DNA of 64,000 bases from positions 57,598,001 through 57,662,000 of the forward strand of contig NC_135761.1 in NCBI RefSeq assembly GCF_052425735.1, given 5' to 3'. The notes beneath the pieces were generated by a model that did not search any database, had not been told where the DNA came from, and saw only the letters and a list, made by a program, of their open reading frames with translations. The translations under genes were made by a program, and so were the position numbers. The stretch is from Oculina patagonica. Its lineage: Eukaryota. Below, piece after piece: positions 52,712-64,000 of the stretch (positions are counted from its first letter, which is position 1; every line of letters starts with the position of its first letter).

Positions 52712-53221
52712 CAGTGCCGTAGCAAGGGGAGGGGCCGGGGGGGGCCGTGCCCCCCCAGTTTTTTTCCCAAAAGGAAAAACAGACCTGCATAAAATGTTGA
52801 AAATAAAATTTTATCTCCTGAGAGGTTTGAAACAATAACATTTGTACTTCTTTTCATTTTTTTAACGTACGTAGGGTGATGCACAACAATGTTAAACGGC
52901 CAAAAACTAAAACAAACCAGAAATTAAGACCAGAACGCACTATGATGACTCTGAAAGGTGAAACATCTGCTGGTTTCAAGATACTGAGACAGTCGGTTTT
53001 CATTTGTAATTGACGTTGCAAGTGTTATACTCCCTTCAGTGGTTTGCTGAGACAGTGTAGGAAGTAAATAATTCGCGATATGCTTAAATCACAAATAGCT
53101 CTTGGAGAACGCTGGAAATAGCATTTCCAAGCTTCTAGATTACAAAATCTAGCAGCTCGCGCCTACGACGCTCGCGTGCCCCCCCCCCCCCCCCACTTTT
53201 TTTAGCCTTGCTACGGCACTT
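52712..53221. mobile_element. hAT-like non-autonomous element with 5-bp TSD
   Basis: CAGTGCCGTAGCAAGG ... CCTTGCTACGGCACT(T); AGAAG directly flanks both ends. Confidence 0.7.
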
Positions 53222-53415
53222 AGAAGAGACTCAATTCAACCCCCTCCCCCCAACCCTCTTTAACACGCATTTATTTTTAAATCTTGGGCACCGTTATTAT
53301 CGATTAAGTGTCTTTTTTGCATGTTTTCCGCTTTCAGATTTTCGCTTATGATAAAATTCACAAGTTTGCACTTTGAAAGGGAAGCTTGGGAGTGAAATAA
53401 GTTACTCCGACGTCT

Positions 53416-53460
53416 ACTGTACTGACGAGGACTAAAGAGTCCGAAACAGCTGTCTACAGT
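53416..53460 (+). ncRNA. Minimal type I hammerhead ribozyme motif (Penelope/retrozyme-associated type)
   Basis: Stem I ACTGTA/TACAGT, core CTGACGA, stem II GGACT-AAAG-AGTCC, GAAA, very short palindromic stem III (ACAGCTGT), GTC cleavage triplet ending at 53454. Confidence 0.8.
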
Positions 53461-55697
53461 TATGCATTCTTGACCCTCGGATTGGTCTCTATCATGTCTC
53501 TGCCGCATTAAGTTTTCTACGCAGTTCGATCAGCCTTGCAGTTTAATTGCAGTTTCACGTTTCATGTTCAAAACCAAGGGCAATGATAGGTATCAACATT
53601 AAGTATTGGCGTCACAAAACAAACATCCGCAGTGAAACTTAACTATTTAATATCCTCGAAGGTTCGAAGGTCCGAATTTAAACTAAAACCGTGGCGGAGA
53701 AATAGCACGGATCGGCGGATTTTCGAACTTCTATTTACCCCTCTCTTAAATGTCTCGCTGTAAAATCGTGGTTGATCTAAAATGCTCAATTTAAACACTG
53801 TTAGAAATGAGAGTGTCTACAATGCATTGATCAGAAGGATCGTGTGCTCTGGGACGAGAATGTAGAGAACGCTACTAAGCATAGCTCATATGCAGACGTT
53901 CTTTTCACTCGTCACGCAATCGTTTCTGATTGCGTGACGAACCAAAAGGACGTCTCGTAGGAGGCAATTACTGGTATACTAAGCAATGCAAATACCGTAA
54001 ACGATCTAACAAATGCCGGGGCGTCTATTTAATTTTAGGGGTCCTAAGGGGGCGTTAAATAGAAAGGAGGCGTTTATTGCAATTTTACTGTAACAACGTC
54101 GACATAACAAAAAAAGATGCGTAGTTTGTTAGCGGAATAAGATAATAAACAGAGTGCGAATGGGAGACTAATCTAATCTGCGCTAATGCAAAGCCTAGAG
54201 ATGTCGTTTATAGTTCGATATCGATGTCTTCAAACAGTTGTAAGAAGCAATATAAACTAACAACAAGCAATATAAATTAACAACAATTAGCTAAACGCAC
54301 AACAATTTTAAGCAGTGTGCTTCTGAGGGGGGCTAGCCACACCTTTTCGCAACCACGTTCTAGTACCAAGGGAAAAACCCTGGGAACGAGGTTGGCCCGA
54401 AACACTTCACGTGGATATTTTTCTATTAATCCGGCCCCCACTTTCCGCCACTTTCGCAAATATTTGGATACTATGTTGCGTGGAAAAGTTGGAACATGTT
54501 TTTTTTATTTTAATTTCGATTCAATCCCCCAGTTCATCGAATTTGTTAGCGAAGTAGGGTACTGCATAAAATGCCGTAACAAATAGCGAAGCGCAAGAGG
54601 GACGTCACGACTCAGACAAGACTCAGACAAACAAACTAAAATGGGGGACGATTTTCCAAAAACACTTTCTAAATTAGCCGGTATTCCTAAAACACTTTCA
54701 TAAAACGAAAACTTCGCCTAGATTCCTTCTGTTTCTTTCAGAACACTCTGATGTTTTCTGAGCCTCGTGCGGGCTATATTTATTTACATTCTATTTTAAG
54801 ACCTCGAGCGCTTCGCTGTTGAAAGCTTTTTATGAGAGAATCGAAATATGAAATTTAGGCTCTAAGCATAAACATTGAAAATGCCTCTGCTCCTCGTAGC
54901 TCGGTGGTGTTGGCATTTTAGCGATGGACAAATTTGTCAAATTTGTGACGTTACTCAACCGCAGACAGATGACCAAGTACCGGAAGTACTTTCTCCTGCA
55001 GTTCCTAAGTTCTTTTTTATTTCTAAAATGCAACGTCTCAAGAATCATTGATTTCTCAAGAAGTGTTATTCTCTCAAAATTCCTTAAGGGATCAGTTAAG
55101 CGAAAAGCAAACGATTAACGAGATAAAGATGTAAATGAGTTTAGATGTTGTACATTGAATACACAAAAGGCTACATAATACGCAACTGTTAACAAGTCAC
55201 CTGCGCCCGCGCTTTTTGAATGCATTTAACTTATGTTTAAACTTTCGAAACATGAAGTCATAGTAATAAAATAATAATTATACCACACAGCAGGAGTTCA
55301 GCAAAAGGTCGTGGAGTTCAAGCTAATTCACACACGCTTGGCCATGTTTACCATAACACCGGGGGCGTGTTTAACAGTTACCAAACGCGAAAACAAACTC
55401 CCAGAAAAAGTCCCGTATCTTCAAATGCAAACGTGGATGTGATTCCATAAATCGCTAGCGGCTGTACGTCATAACGAAATTTGGAAGTTTCGAGTTCCTA
55501 ACATTGCTAAGCTTTTTAGTCATCAGAGGATCAGAGTCAGATTGTTGGAAAGCCGATTAAAGAGAGCAGAATTAAGAACTCAGCTCTGACATGAGGTCAT
55601 AATGCAACTATTAATAAGCACGTGGAATTACAGTCACGCGATCCTGTTCGCCACACAGAACTATGGCAAGACAAACTAAAAATTGTCGCTATAAATA

Positions 55698-56062
55698 CAG
55701 TGGAACCCTGATATAACGATATGCCAAGGGAGCAGTAAAATTATATCGTTATATCGAGGAATCCATATCGAAACTCCCGATATAACGATATGGCCGTTAA
55801 ATAACCGAAAATATCGTTATATCGGGGTAAACCTAACGGATAAAGAGACTAAAAATACAATATCATTTTCGTATAATATCGTTATATCGGGGAAGATTTT
55901 ACGCTCGGTTCGCTAAATTCTCATCGTTATATCGGGAATATCGTTATATCGAACATCGTTATATCGATCGGGGTTCTGTCTTATACATGCCGGGACATAG
56001 AATATTCATCGTTATGTCGGGAATATCGTTATATCGAGAATCGTTATATCGGGGTTCCACTG
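55698..56062. mobile_element. Tc1/mariner (pogo/Tigger-like) MITE
   Basis: TA-CAGTGGAACCCTGATATAAC ... GTTATATCGGGGTTCCACTG-TA. Confidence 0.85.
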
Positions 56063-57517
56063 TACATGTAAGGGGTATCGAATGGTCTTCGCGAGCACAG
56101 CGTTGCACGAGCATTGAAAAAAGTTAACCTTGCGAGCAACGAACACTTTTCAAAAACTACCTCCATTAAATTCCGAGCATGCGAGCACTTGTAAATTTAT
56201 GCGAGCATGAGCAAACGAACACCCGCTAAAATTTTACGAGGATCCCGAGCAGATACCTAATTTTGCGAGCAATGCAAATTTTTGATAGACCATTCATGAC
56301 CCCTCATGTAGCTAGCCTGCGCGCAGCCGTCTCGTGCAGTGCAGACGTTTTCTGTGGGAAAGCGCAAGAAAATCCATGAACTCAAAGGGTGAGAAGCCTG
56401 ACTAAAATAAATTACTTAATTCTCATTCCCTTGTCCGTTTCTTAACTCGCCCAGACCCTCAAAAGGTCTCAAAACACTCGAAGGAATATTCAGCGCGCCC
56501 TCTTCCAAAATGCGCCCTCCTCCGCAATATCTTCTTTAGTGTTGTCTCTTTTAAGTTATCACTTTTGAGTTGTCAGTGGGCGTAATCGCTTACTACATGT
56601 ACGGCGGGTGCAAGGTTAAGGGGGTTTTTAAGCTTTAACTCTTCCTACGCAATCTCTTCTTCCACGTTATCGCTTCCGAGTTGTCGCGAGAGAAGCCTGG
56701 GAAAGAGTCTGCTGTCGATTTAAATTACGTTTTATTGTAGGAAATTAACGCTTTATGAAATTAACGCGAATTTCAAAACGTCGCGTTAATTTTTTTTGTT
56801 AACGTTAATTTTCGCGCCGATAATTTAGTGGAGCGTTGATTTCCACGACCTTAATTTCCATTATTTTGGCCCCAATTTCTCGATACAATCCCAACGTTCT
56901 AATCTCCTCGGAAAAAAGCATTATTTCATCAGAGTGGAAATCTACCGGTATCACTGAAACTGTGAAAAAGGCTCAAAGCGGTCAGATTCCTTCGCTTAAC
57001 ACATACGTTTGGATAAAGTATCACGAACATTGTTTCCGCCTCGGATTATAGGCCTAGTGCTGAAATTAACTCTTTCCTGTTGTATCAACAAGTGTTTTTC
57101 TTCGTGTACTTCGCGTCTTGCTACCCTCACTTTCGCTTTAATTTACTTAATTGATCCTTATTGGGAAGTAATTTTTTCTTCGTTTCGCGTTAATTTCAAC
57201 TATTGTTTTCTTTTTGAGAACTCCTTTCTTTCCCATTTAGATCTTTTGCAGCAACGAATTCATGGTGCTCAAGCCAGCTTAGTTGATATAACCTATTCCT
57301 ATTGCATTTACTGGAGTTTTACAGTTTGCATATACATTGTACGAGTAGCTATGAGTTATTGACCAAGCGTGAGGTTAAGATGGCAGGATATTGGCCAATT
57401 TCCTTTGTTTCGTGATTATGGACCGAGGCGAAACCGGAGTGCCTGAACACGCAAAAAAGAACGAGGTCAATATCCCGCCATCTTGACCGAACAAGCTTAG
57501 TAAGCTTGTCCAATAAT

Positions 57518-57665
57518 GGTGGACTTCCACTGACGCGTAATGTTTTACGTGCGTTTACGTGCGTGAAAAAATTTAGAGACGACTTGCGTACACGTGTACG
57601 CAAGCCGTTCATACATTGTCTTTTTTCACGCACGTAAAAATTTACGCGACAGTGGAAATCCACCT
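57518..57665. mobile_element. MITE (GGTGGA.TTCCACTGACGCGTAA TIR); second copy at ~62136-62289
   Basis: Inverted termini and similarity between the two copies. Confidence 0.7.
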
Positions 57666-58219
57666 TAAAAGATTTATTATATGGGAAATAGTCATGAATT
57701 TAAGGGGTATCAAATGGTCTTTGCGAGCATTTGCGAGCACAGCGTTTTTCTTTGCGAGCACGAGCATTGACAAAAATTAGCCTTGCGAGCAACGAGCACT
57801 TTTCAAAAACCTACCTCCACTAAAAATCGAGCATGCGAGCACTTGTAAAAATGTGCGAGCACGAGCAAACGAGCAACCACTAAAATTTTGCGAGCACTGC
57901 GACATTTTGAGGAACCATTCATGACTCCTAATTTAGAACTGAAATGACTTTCTGTACTGTCAGCCGAATTGAAGCCAGTTCAAGGCACGAATGACGGCAA
58001 GAATGCGCTGTCAGGATAAATAAAGTTTTTCTTATTATTATTAAGAACGTTAACCTCTTTGTTGCGAATGGATCAAACGAAAGTATGAATTGATTTAACT
58101 GATTGACAAGTTTAAGGAATGAAAAAAATTCTTCTTGCAAAATTTCAGTGCGAGAGCTGGCGGCAAGCACAACATCGAACAACAAATAATTTGCAGGAAA
58201 ATCGTAGGCAATCCAGGCT

Positions 58220-58250
<31 letters not shown>

Positions 58251-58688
58251 GCTCGCGGAGCTAGCCATATAAAAAAATACTTGTACATCCTCCGCTCATT
58301 GTTCTGTTCCAACAAGTTCAAGAAAATTTACTTGCTTTTTGTTGTAGACAATATATTAAATCATGAAAAAAATTTAAAACGTTGCCCACCCCTCTTGCGT
58401 TATTAGTTTTTGGCCCTGTCCTGCACATTAACCCGGGTAAATTTGAACGGTGATATTTGAAAACTCCGTATAAATTGTTTTCCGTCCACGTTAACCCGGA
58501 TAAATTTGAAAATGAAATACACTTAATCGAATGTAGAGTTACAACGCATGCACAGAGCTATTGTTAAGCTACCGGTAATAAAACCTTTTGTTTCGACAGA
58601 GATCACACGACTCTTTGACGTTAGCGTTTTCAAAAAGTCCCGTTTTCGCCCGATTTCGCCGCCCACACTACACCACTTAGCCGGCGTT

Positions 58689-58799
58689 CAACCTTGTTCC
58701 CAGGGTCTCTCTCTCCCGCCCCCAAGAGCGAGAGAAGAGAGGAGAGAGAGAGAGAGAGAGAGAGGGGGCGGGGTGAGAGAGACCCTGGGAACGAGGTTG
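58689..58799. mobile_element. Small palindromic MITE with 9-bp TSD
   Basis: CAACCTTGTTCCCAGGGTCTCTCT ... AGAGAGACCCTGGGAACGAGGTTG flanked by GCCGGCGTT on both sides. Confidence 0.8.
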
Positions 58800-59078
58800 G
58801 CCGGCGTTTTAATATCTAACGACTATGATGAGCGTTTTTGAAAAGTACCGTTTTCGGTGAGCGAAAACGCCGTTTCAGTATGGACGGTTGGCCTATCCGG
58901 AGAAAAAAGAATGCGTTTTCAAATTTACCCAAGTTACCTTAATCATGCTTTTCCCTCCCTGGTAATAATCGAATTACAAAATTACAAAAAGACAACAAAA
59001 TACGCCTATATTGATTTTATTATTAACAATTTTAACACTATCATTCCCCTTTCACTCGTTTCAGCAAAATTATCTGCG

Positions 59079-62000
59079 TTATTTCTCGCAGCTTTCTTTA
59101 GATTTGTCCTTTTTCTTCTTTTTCTTTTTGTCCTTCCTTTTCATCTCGATTTCAATAGTATCCACGTTATGAGAAAGCAAGTTTTTGTCCTTTTTGTTTC
59201 TTTTTTCTCCCTTCTCTTTTATTTCCTTGACTTCTGTAAGCGAATCTTTGCAAGATTTCTCCTCGCCAAAATTTTTAGCCTTTTTCAGTGTACCTTTCTG
59301 GTCATATTTTTCTTCAATCTCGCATGACATTTCCATTTCTACAGAAGTTGTAGTCTTGTCTTTCTTTCTCTTTTTCTTATCCTTTCTCTTGCCACCTTTC
59401 GTCGCCTCTTCAGTTTCCAAATTCTCCATTTTCCCACTCCACATTTCATTAATTTCGCATGTTTCTGAATCAACAAACTTCAGTTCCTTTCTTTTCTTCT
59501 TTTTTTCTTTTCCACTCTTTGAATCTTTCAGAATTTTACACTCGTTTTCTCCACCAGATTCCATATCCCCCGCTTTCGAGTTTTTCTTCTTTTTCTTTGC
59601 CGAACACTGGTCTTCAACGCATTGCAAACCAGTTTCGTCGTTTTTGAATTCACCATCCTCTGTCACCAATTTCCTCTTTCTCCCTTTTTCCTTCTTCTTT
59701 TTCTTCGATTCTAATTCTTCGTCAGCTAACTCTGAATTTTGTGCGCCATTTTCTTGAACTTCACTTTTAGCAATTTCTACTTGAACTTGATTCCCTCCTC
59801 CTACTTCCTTGCCCTCTCTAGCGGCTTTCATTTCCTTCATTTTCATCTCAAAGTACTCCTGAATGCTCTGTCCTGAGTTTATGGTCTGCACACCCTGAAA
59901 AGATGGCGGCGGACAAGATGCTGTGCTATCGTCTGATTCTTCGTCCTAACAGGAAAGAAAGACGATTCTTTTAACATAAATATGAAGCTCAAATTGATAT
60001 GCAAGTAGATCGCATCATAGACCTTCACCCTCTTTTTAAAGCCTCTCATCTTTCGCAAGCTGCAATTAGTTATTTTAACAGCCGGATTCCTGTCTCGTTT
60101 TCAGTAAAGTCTTACAATTTCTCATAGGAGCTGACTAGGAGGCGAGTCAACGAAATCTTGATCCCACAGTTGTAGAGGACTTCAGGTTGCTAAGAAACGT
60201 TAAGTAGCCTCAGAACGGAAAATTTTCGGGTTCGCTATCATATTTTGGCGAAGTGTCCCCAAACAGTGATTTGAAGCTTTCCGTTCAAATGTTAGGTTTG
60301 TTACTAGAGACACCCATTGTTTTATTATTCCTGGGATTTTCAGACCCAGTTGTTCAATCACCTTGACTAGAAATAAAAAGAACGGTCGGTCTTAATGGTT
60401 TTCTTTCTTCCGTTCTCTTAATCGATGGCCAGTTATTTCTGAGCTGCAAAGGCTTTCCAAACCCTTCAATTCCCATTAATTTCCTTTCATCATTTTTATC
60501 AAAAGGAACAATGTCACGTGGACAGGCCATAAAACTAAGTGATGTTGATAACCACATGGTAATTATCTTGATCAAAAGCTAAATTCTCTCAAGTTAGAAT
60601 AAAGAAAACTTATGATAAATAATTAAGAGAATTTTGCACCATTGCACTAACCTCAGACTGTTCTTGAGGAGTCCCAGGTGCTGACTTACTCCGCTGACCA
60701 AAGATACATGCCATGTCTTCTGCAGATTTGGAAGACAAATCCTTGCTCTGGATGAAGCGATTGTAGCTATGAATTTTAAAATAACAGTCAGTCAGTCAGT
60801 CAGTTACTGTATAGTTTTGGTAAAACTATTCCCAAGGTCTCCTGACAGTAGATGAGTCTATGATCTTCCACAAATTGCAAAGAGACTGTGGTGACAACAC
60901 GGAAAGAACATTTTGAGAAGAGTCAGACATCGCATTTTTTATACATGTTTTCAATGCACTTAAAAATAACTTCCAAAACAATAATAATTTATAAATCTGT
61001 TAGATTGTGGTAGTTCGATACATATTTTGCCCTTTGAACCCTTTCAGTTGTCCCCCTAGCTATTCATGTCAAATGTACACTAGTGTAGGTTTTGGGCGTT
61101 TTTTGTTGTGCGACCATCCTGTGTGCACCAAAAACCTACATGTGTGCCTGCTATGTAGGCTAAATAAACACAAACAGATGCAATTTGTCAAAATTCCCTC
61201 AATTATCATACCACTGGTAAAAGATTACAAAGAGGGCTATGCATGTAATATACCTCGTCCTTTGAGCCATGAAGTCAAACAAGTCTGTGTCTTATCCCCC
61301 ACAGAAGGCTTTTTTGGGTTTAACCTCCTCCCCTCACCCCTTGAGAAATTCCAGTTTAGCTTCATGCTTTTATACTTCATACCTCAAAATTTTGGTTTTA
61401 GAGACCCCCATCCCCTCAGAATTTCCAATGACCTTCTGTGGGGTGGGTATGGAAATTTGCTAGAGCCACACATTGTCTCAATGTACATAGTTACTGTATG
61501 TATTTCTCAAAACTAACTTTAAAAGGAATGCGTGTCAAACAGTCAGGGATATCGATATTAATTATACTCACAACACTCTCTTTCGGGACTGTCTTGCAGT
61601 CTTCTCCATTTCATGTTTCTTTCTTTTCTTTGTTGGCTTCTCTCCTTCTGTGTTAAACGAAATAAACAAATAATTAAGAGGTAAAAGGAAATTGCTATAA
61701 AACTTAGCCCCACCTCCAAACTGGTATGATAATACTACATGTATAGTCAAACCCCTATTAAGTGGCCAGTTATCAAAGTCCCAAAAGCATTGCCAGTATA
61801 ATAATATCAATGACGATGATGATGATGATGACGATAAGACAGAAAGCAACGACAAATACTGTAAAGAAAACCCTTATTTAGCGGCCACCTCTACTTAGTG
61901 GCTGCAGCCACCTTTCGACCATCCTGATGAGGATTTGCATTAATATTGTTTTTACCTCTATTAGGTGGCCACCAAGAATTTATTACATGTAGAATATGAT

Positions 62001-63638
62001 AATGACAGAAAAGAGCGCAAAATAGGAAGTGACGACTGATAAAAACATTCAATTTCATTTATTCTATTGTTAGTCACTAAGCTAAGTGATCTTTTGATTT
62101 CCTGACAAGAAATTCATATTTTTACCAAGCCTTATGGTGGATTTCCACTGACGCGTAATTTTTTACGTACGTAAAAAAATTTAGAGACAATGTATGAGCG
62201 GCTTGCGTACACGTTTACGCAAGCCGTTCATACATTGTCTCTATTTTTTTCACGCATGTAAAAAGTTTCGCATGAGTGGAAATCCACCATTATCAGGGTT
62301 CAAAATAAAATTTTGTTTTTAGCCTGAATTTGTCAGCTTTTTTTGTCAAGGCTCATTTTTTCCCGGCTGTTAGAGAGCTATGCATTTTCAAGGGACACAA
62401 TCCATCTGCATACATGATGTACCCAGATGCATTCTGGGGCAATTTCAAACACAGTCAGCCATTTGTAGGTTTTCAGAAGTGATACAATATTTTACGGCAA
62501 AGCAAAAGAATGGATTGGAGCAATGTGACTTCTTATCTTATTTTGAATGTTTGAGAAGCAAATAAGATCTTCAATATAATTTTCTGGAGGGACACAATAC
62601 CTGAGAAGGTGGGGCGGCCCGTTATTCATCTTAACACAGAAATAAAGTCGCCACATTGGCGACTAAACCGTAAAACCAGAAGTTTTCGTCGACAAAGATG
62701 AAATTTTGGCCGCATTAGCGACCAGTGAGTCGCCCTTTCTAGCCCTGTAACTGCTTTATTTTCTGATATGGAATGTTTACTTTAACATTACCGCAACTTT
62801 GATTTCAGTTGACCGATCAAGGCAAGATATTTTCTATTTCTTCGGTGAAAAGTAGCCGGCAAGTGTCGTCAGAATGCCGGCTACCGCCGACAGCCGGCTG
62901 CTATTTTGAACCCTGCATTATGCTTATTTCTGAGGAATTCCTATTTAGTGACCAAGCTCTAATAGCAGCCACTTACATGTATGATTTCCCCCAAGGTGGC
63001 CATTTAAAAGGCTTTCAACAGTAATATTATTAGTTGGATAACTCACCACTGCCATTTTCTGAGTGATCATTAAGGCGTGACAACAAATCATCGAATGCCA
63101 GTTGGTGTGATAACCAGTTATCTTCCTGGGACTTATCAGCTCCCAAACCTAAATGACAAGAACATGAGAATTATATGATCAACTGTAGTTATTCAAAAAT
63201 TATGTAGACTCATATGAGTTGAGAAGAGCTCAAGAATTGGCCAAATCAAGTTTTAGCCCTGAAATAGTGACAGCTGTCACTAATATAAATAGTTTTCTAA
63301 ATCTGATTTTAGAATAAAGGCTCCAGGTGCATTCTACTGGTAGACTGCAAAACAGTCGAATTTTTTGCGAATGCACTCAGTCTTAGAACAAGAGCAAGAG
63401 GTGTGAAGCCAATGTCAAATCTCTTGGTGCTTCGCGCCTCATCATTCGCCGCTTCCCATTTAGTGCATTTTTCAACAACTGCTACCCCCAATGCCTCTTC
63501 TTTCTTATTCTTTACCTAAGTTGTCTCGTCTCTTTGCAGCCTTCACATGTGTTGTAGCTCCATCCTCTTTAGCACCCAGTCCTTTGCCGCTCTCCCATCC
63601 CATTTTAGTTAACATCTGGTAGCCAAATCTGCTGGTAT
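59079..63638 (-). CDS. PINX1: PIN2/TERF1-interacting telomerase inhibitor 1 (G-patch protein, Pxr1/Gno1 family); first exon(s) lie beyond the right edge
   Basis: Exons 63638-63516 (G-patch: FGYQMLTKMGWESGKGLGAKEDG), 63148-63047 (GLGADKSQEDNWLSHQLAFDDLLSRLN), 61647-61572, 60766-60652 (YNRFIQSKDLSSKSAEDMACIFG) and 59945-59079 (SIQEYFEMKM plus a long K/E-rich tail); phases consistent. Confidence 0.9.
62294..62915. mobile_element. hAT-like non-autonomous element with 6-bp TSD, in a PINX1 intron
   Basis: CAGGGTTCAAAATA ... TATTTTGAACCCTG; CATTAT at 62288-62293 and 62916-62921. Confidence 0.75.
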
Positions 63639-64000
63639 CTGATCACAAAGTGGAGATAAAATTTCATACATAATGCCTTACACCTTTTCTCAAAACTAAT
63701 TGACAAACCCTCCCCCTTGCCCCTCAACCTCAGGCTAACATAGAGCATAGTATTAGTTAGAGAAATTTTAGGGGGTTTGATTTCTTACCTGCTTGCAGGT
63801 GCTTGTGTTTACGTCACCTTAAGCCTCGGCCAAACAGGGCTGAGAGTTGACGAGAATTGACTATCATGAGAGTTTTCGTCAACTCTCACAGACTACAGTT
63901 GAACCTCGCTAATTCGAACTCGGTTATTTCGAATTCCCCGTTAATTCGAACTAAAACCCGTTTCCCTTGGATTTGCCTTTCAGTCATTTACTATCAGCTA

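Noticed and set aside
59185-59757. 190-aa and 156-aa plus-strand ORFs rich in Phe/Ser/Leu
   Set aside because: Antisense shadow of the K/E-rich PINX1 last exon.
63789-63840. Donor-like AG|GTAAGA as the end of PINX1 exon 1
   Set aside because: The upstream sequence does not encode the conserved PINX1 N-terminus (MSMLAE...DP.N..W); the true first exon probably lies outside the window.

Overview
Eukaryotic (metazoan) genomic DNA that is AT-rich, intron-rich and dense in MITEs and SINEs. The repeat types suggest an anthozoan or coral genome (inference). It is not prokaryotic, so most ORFs in the supplied track are spurious. I rebuilt genes by hand from GT-AG splice sites and exon phases. All five protein-coding genes are on the minus strand: (1) the 5' part of a secreted thrombospondin type-1 repeat protein (2722 to <313); (2) a complete 23-exon, 767-aa OSBP-related protein of the ORP9/10/11 class (38740 to 8095), with an unusual N-terminal helix resembling Rab-effector domains and a likely internal promoter; (3, 4) two tandem 4-exon paralogues encoding secreted ~190-aa proteins with beta-trefoil (FGF/IL-1/IL-18-like) motifs and exon phases (45126 to 41894 and 51544 to 49452), separated by an assembly gap; (5) the 3' part of PINX1 (>63638 to 59079). 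ORP intron 15 holds a 10.9-kb CACTG-ended (CACTA/EnSpm-type) element with three further levels of nested transposons. A minimal type I hammerhead ribozyme lies at 53416-53460. The best candidate for an undescribed system is the duplicated secreted cytokine-like pair.
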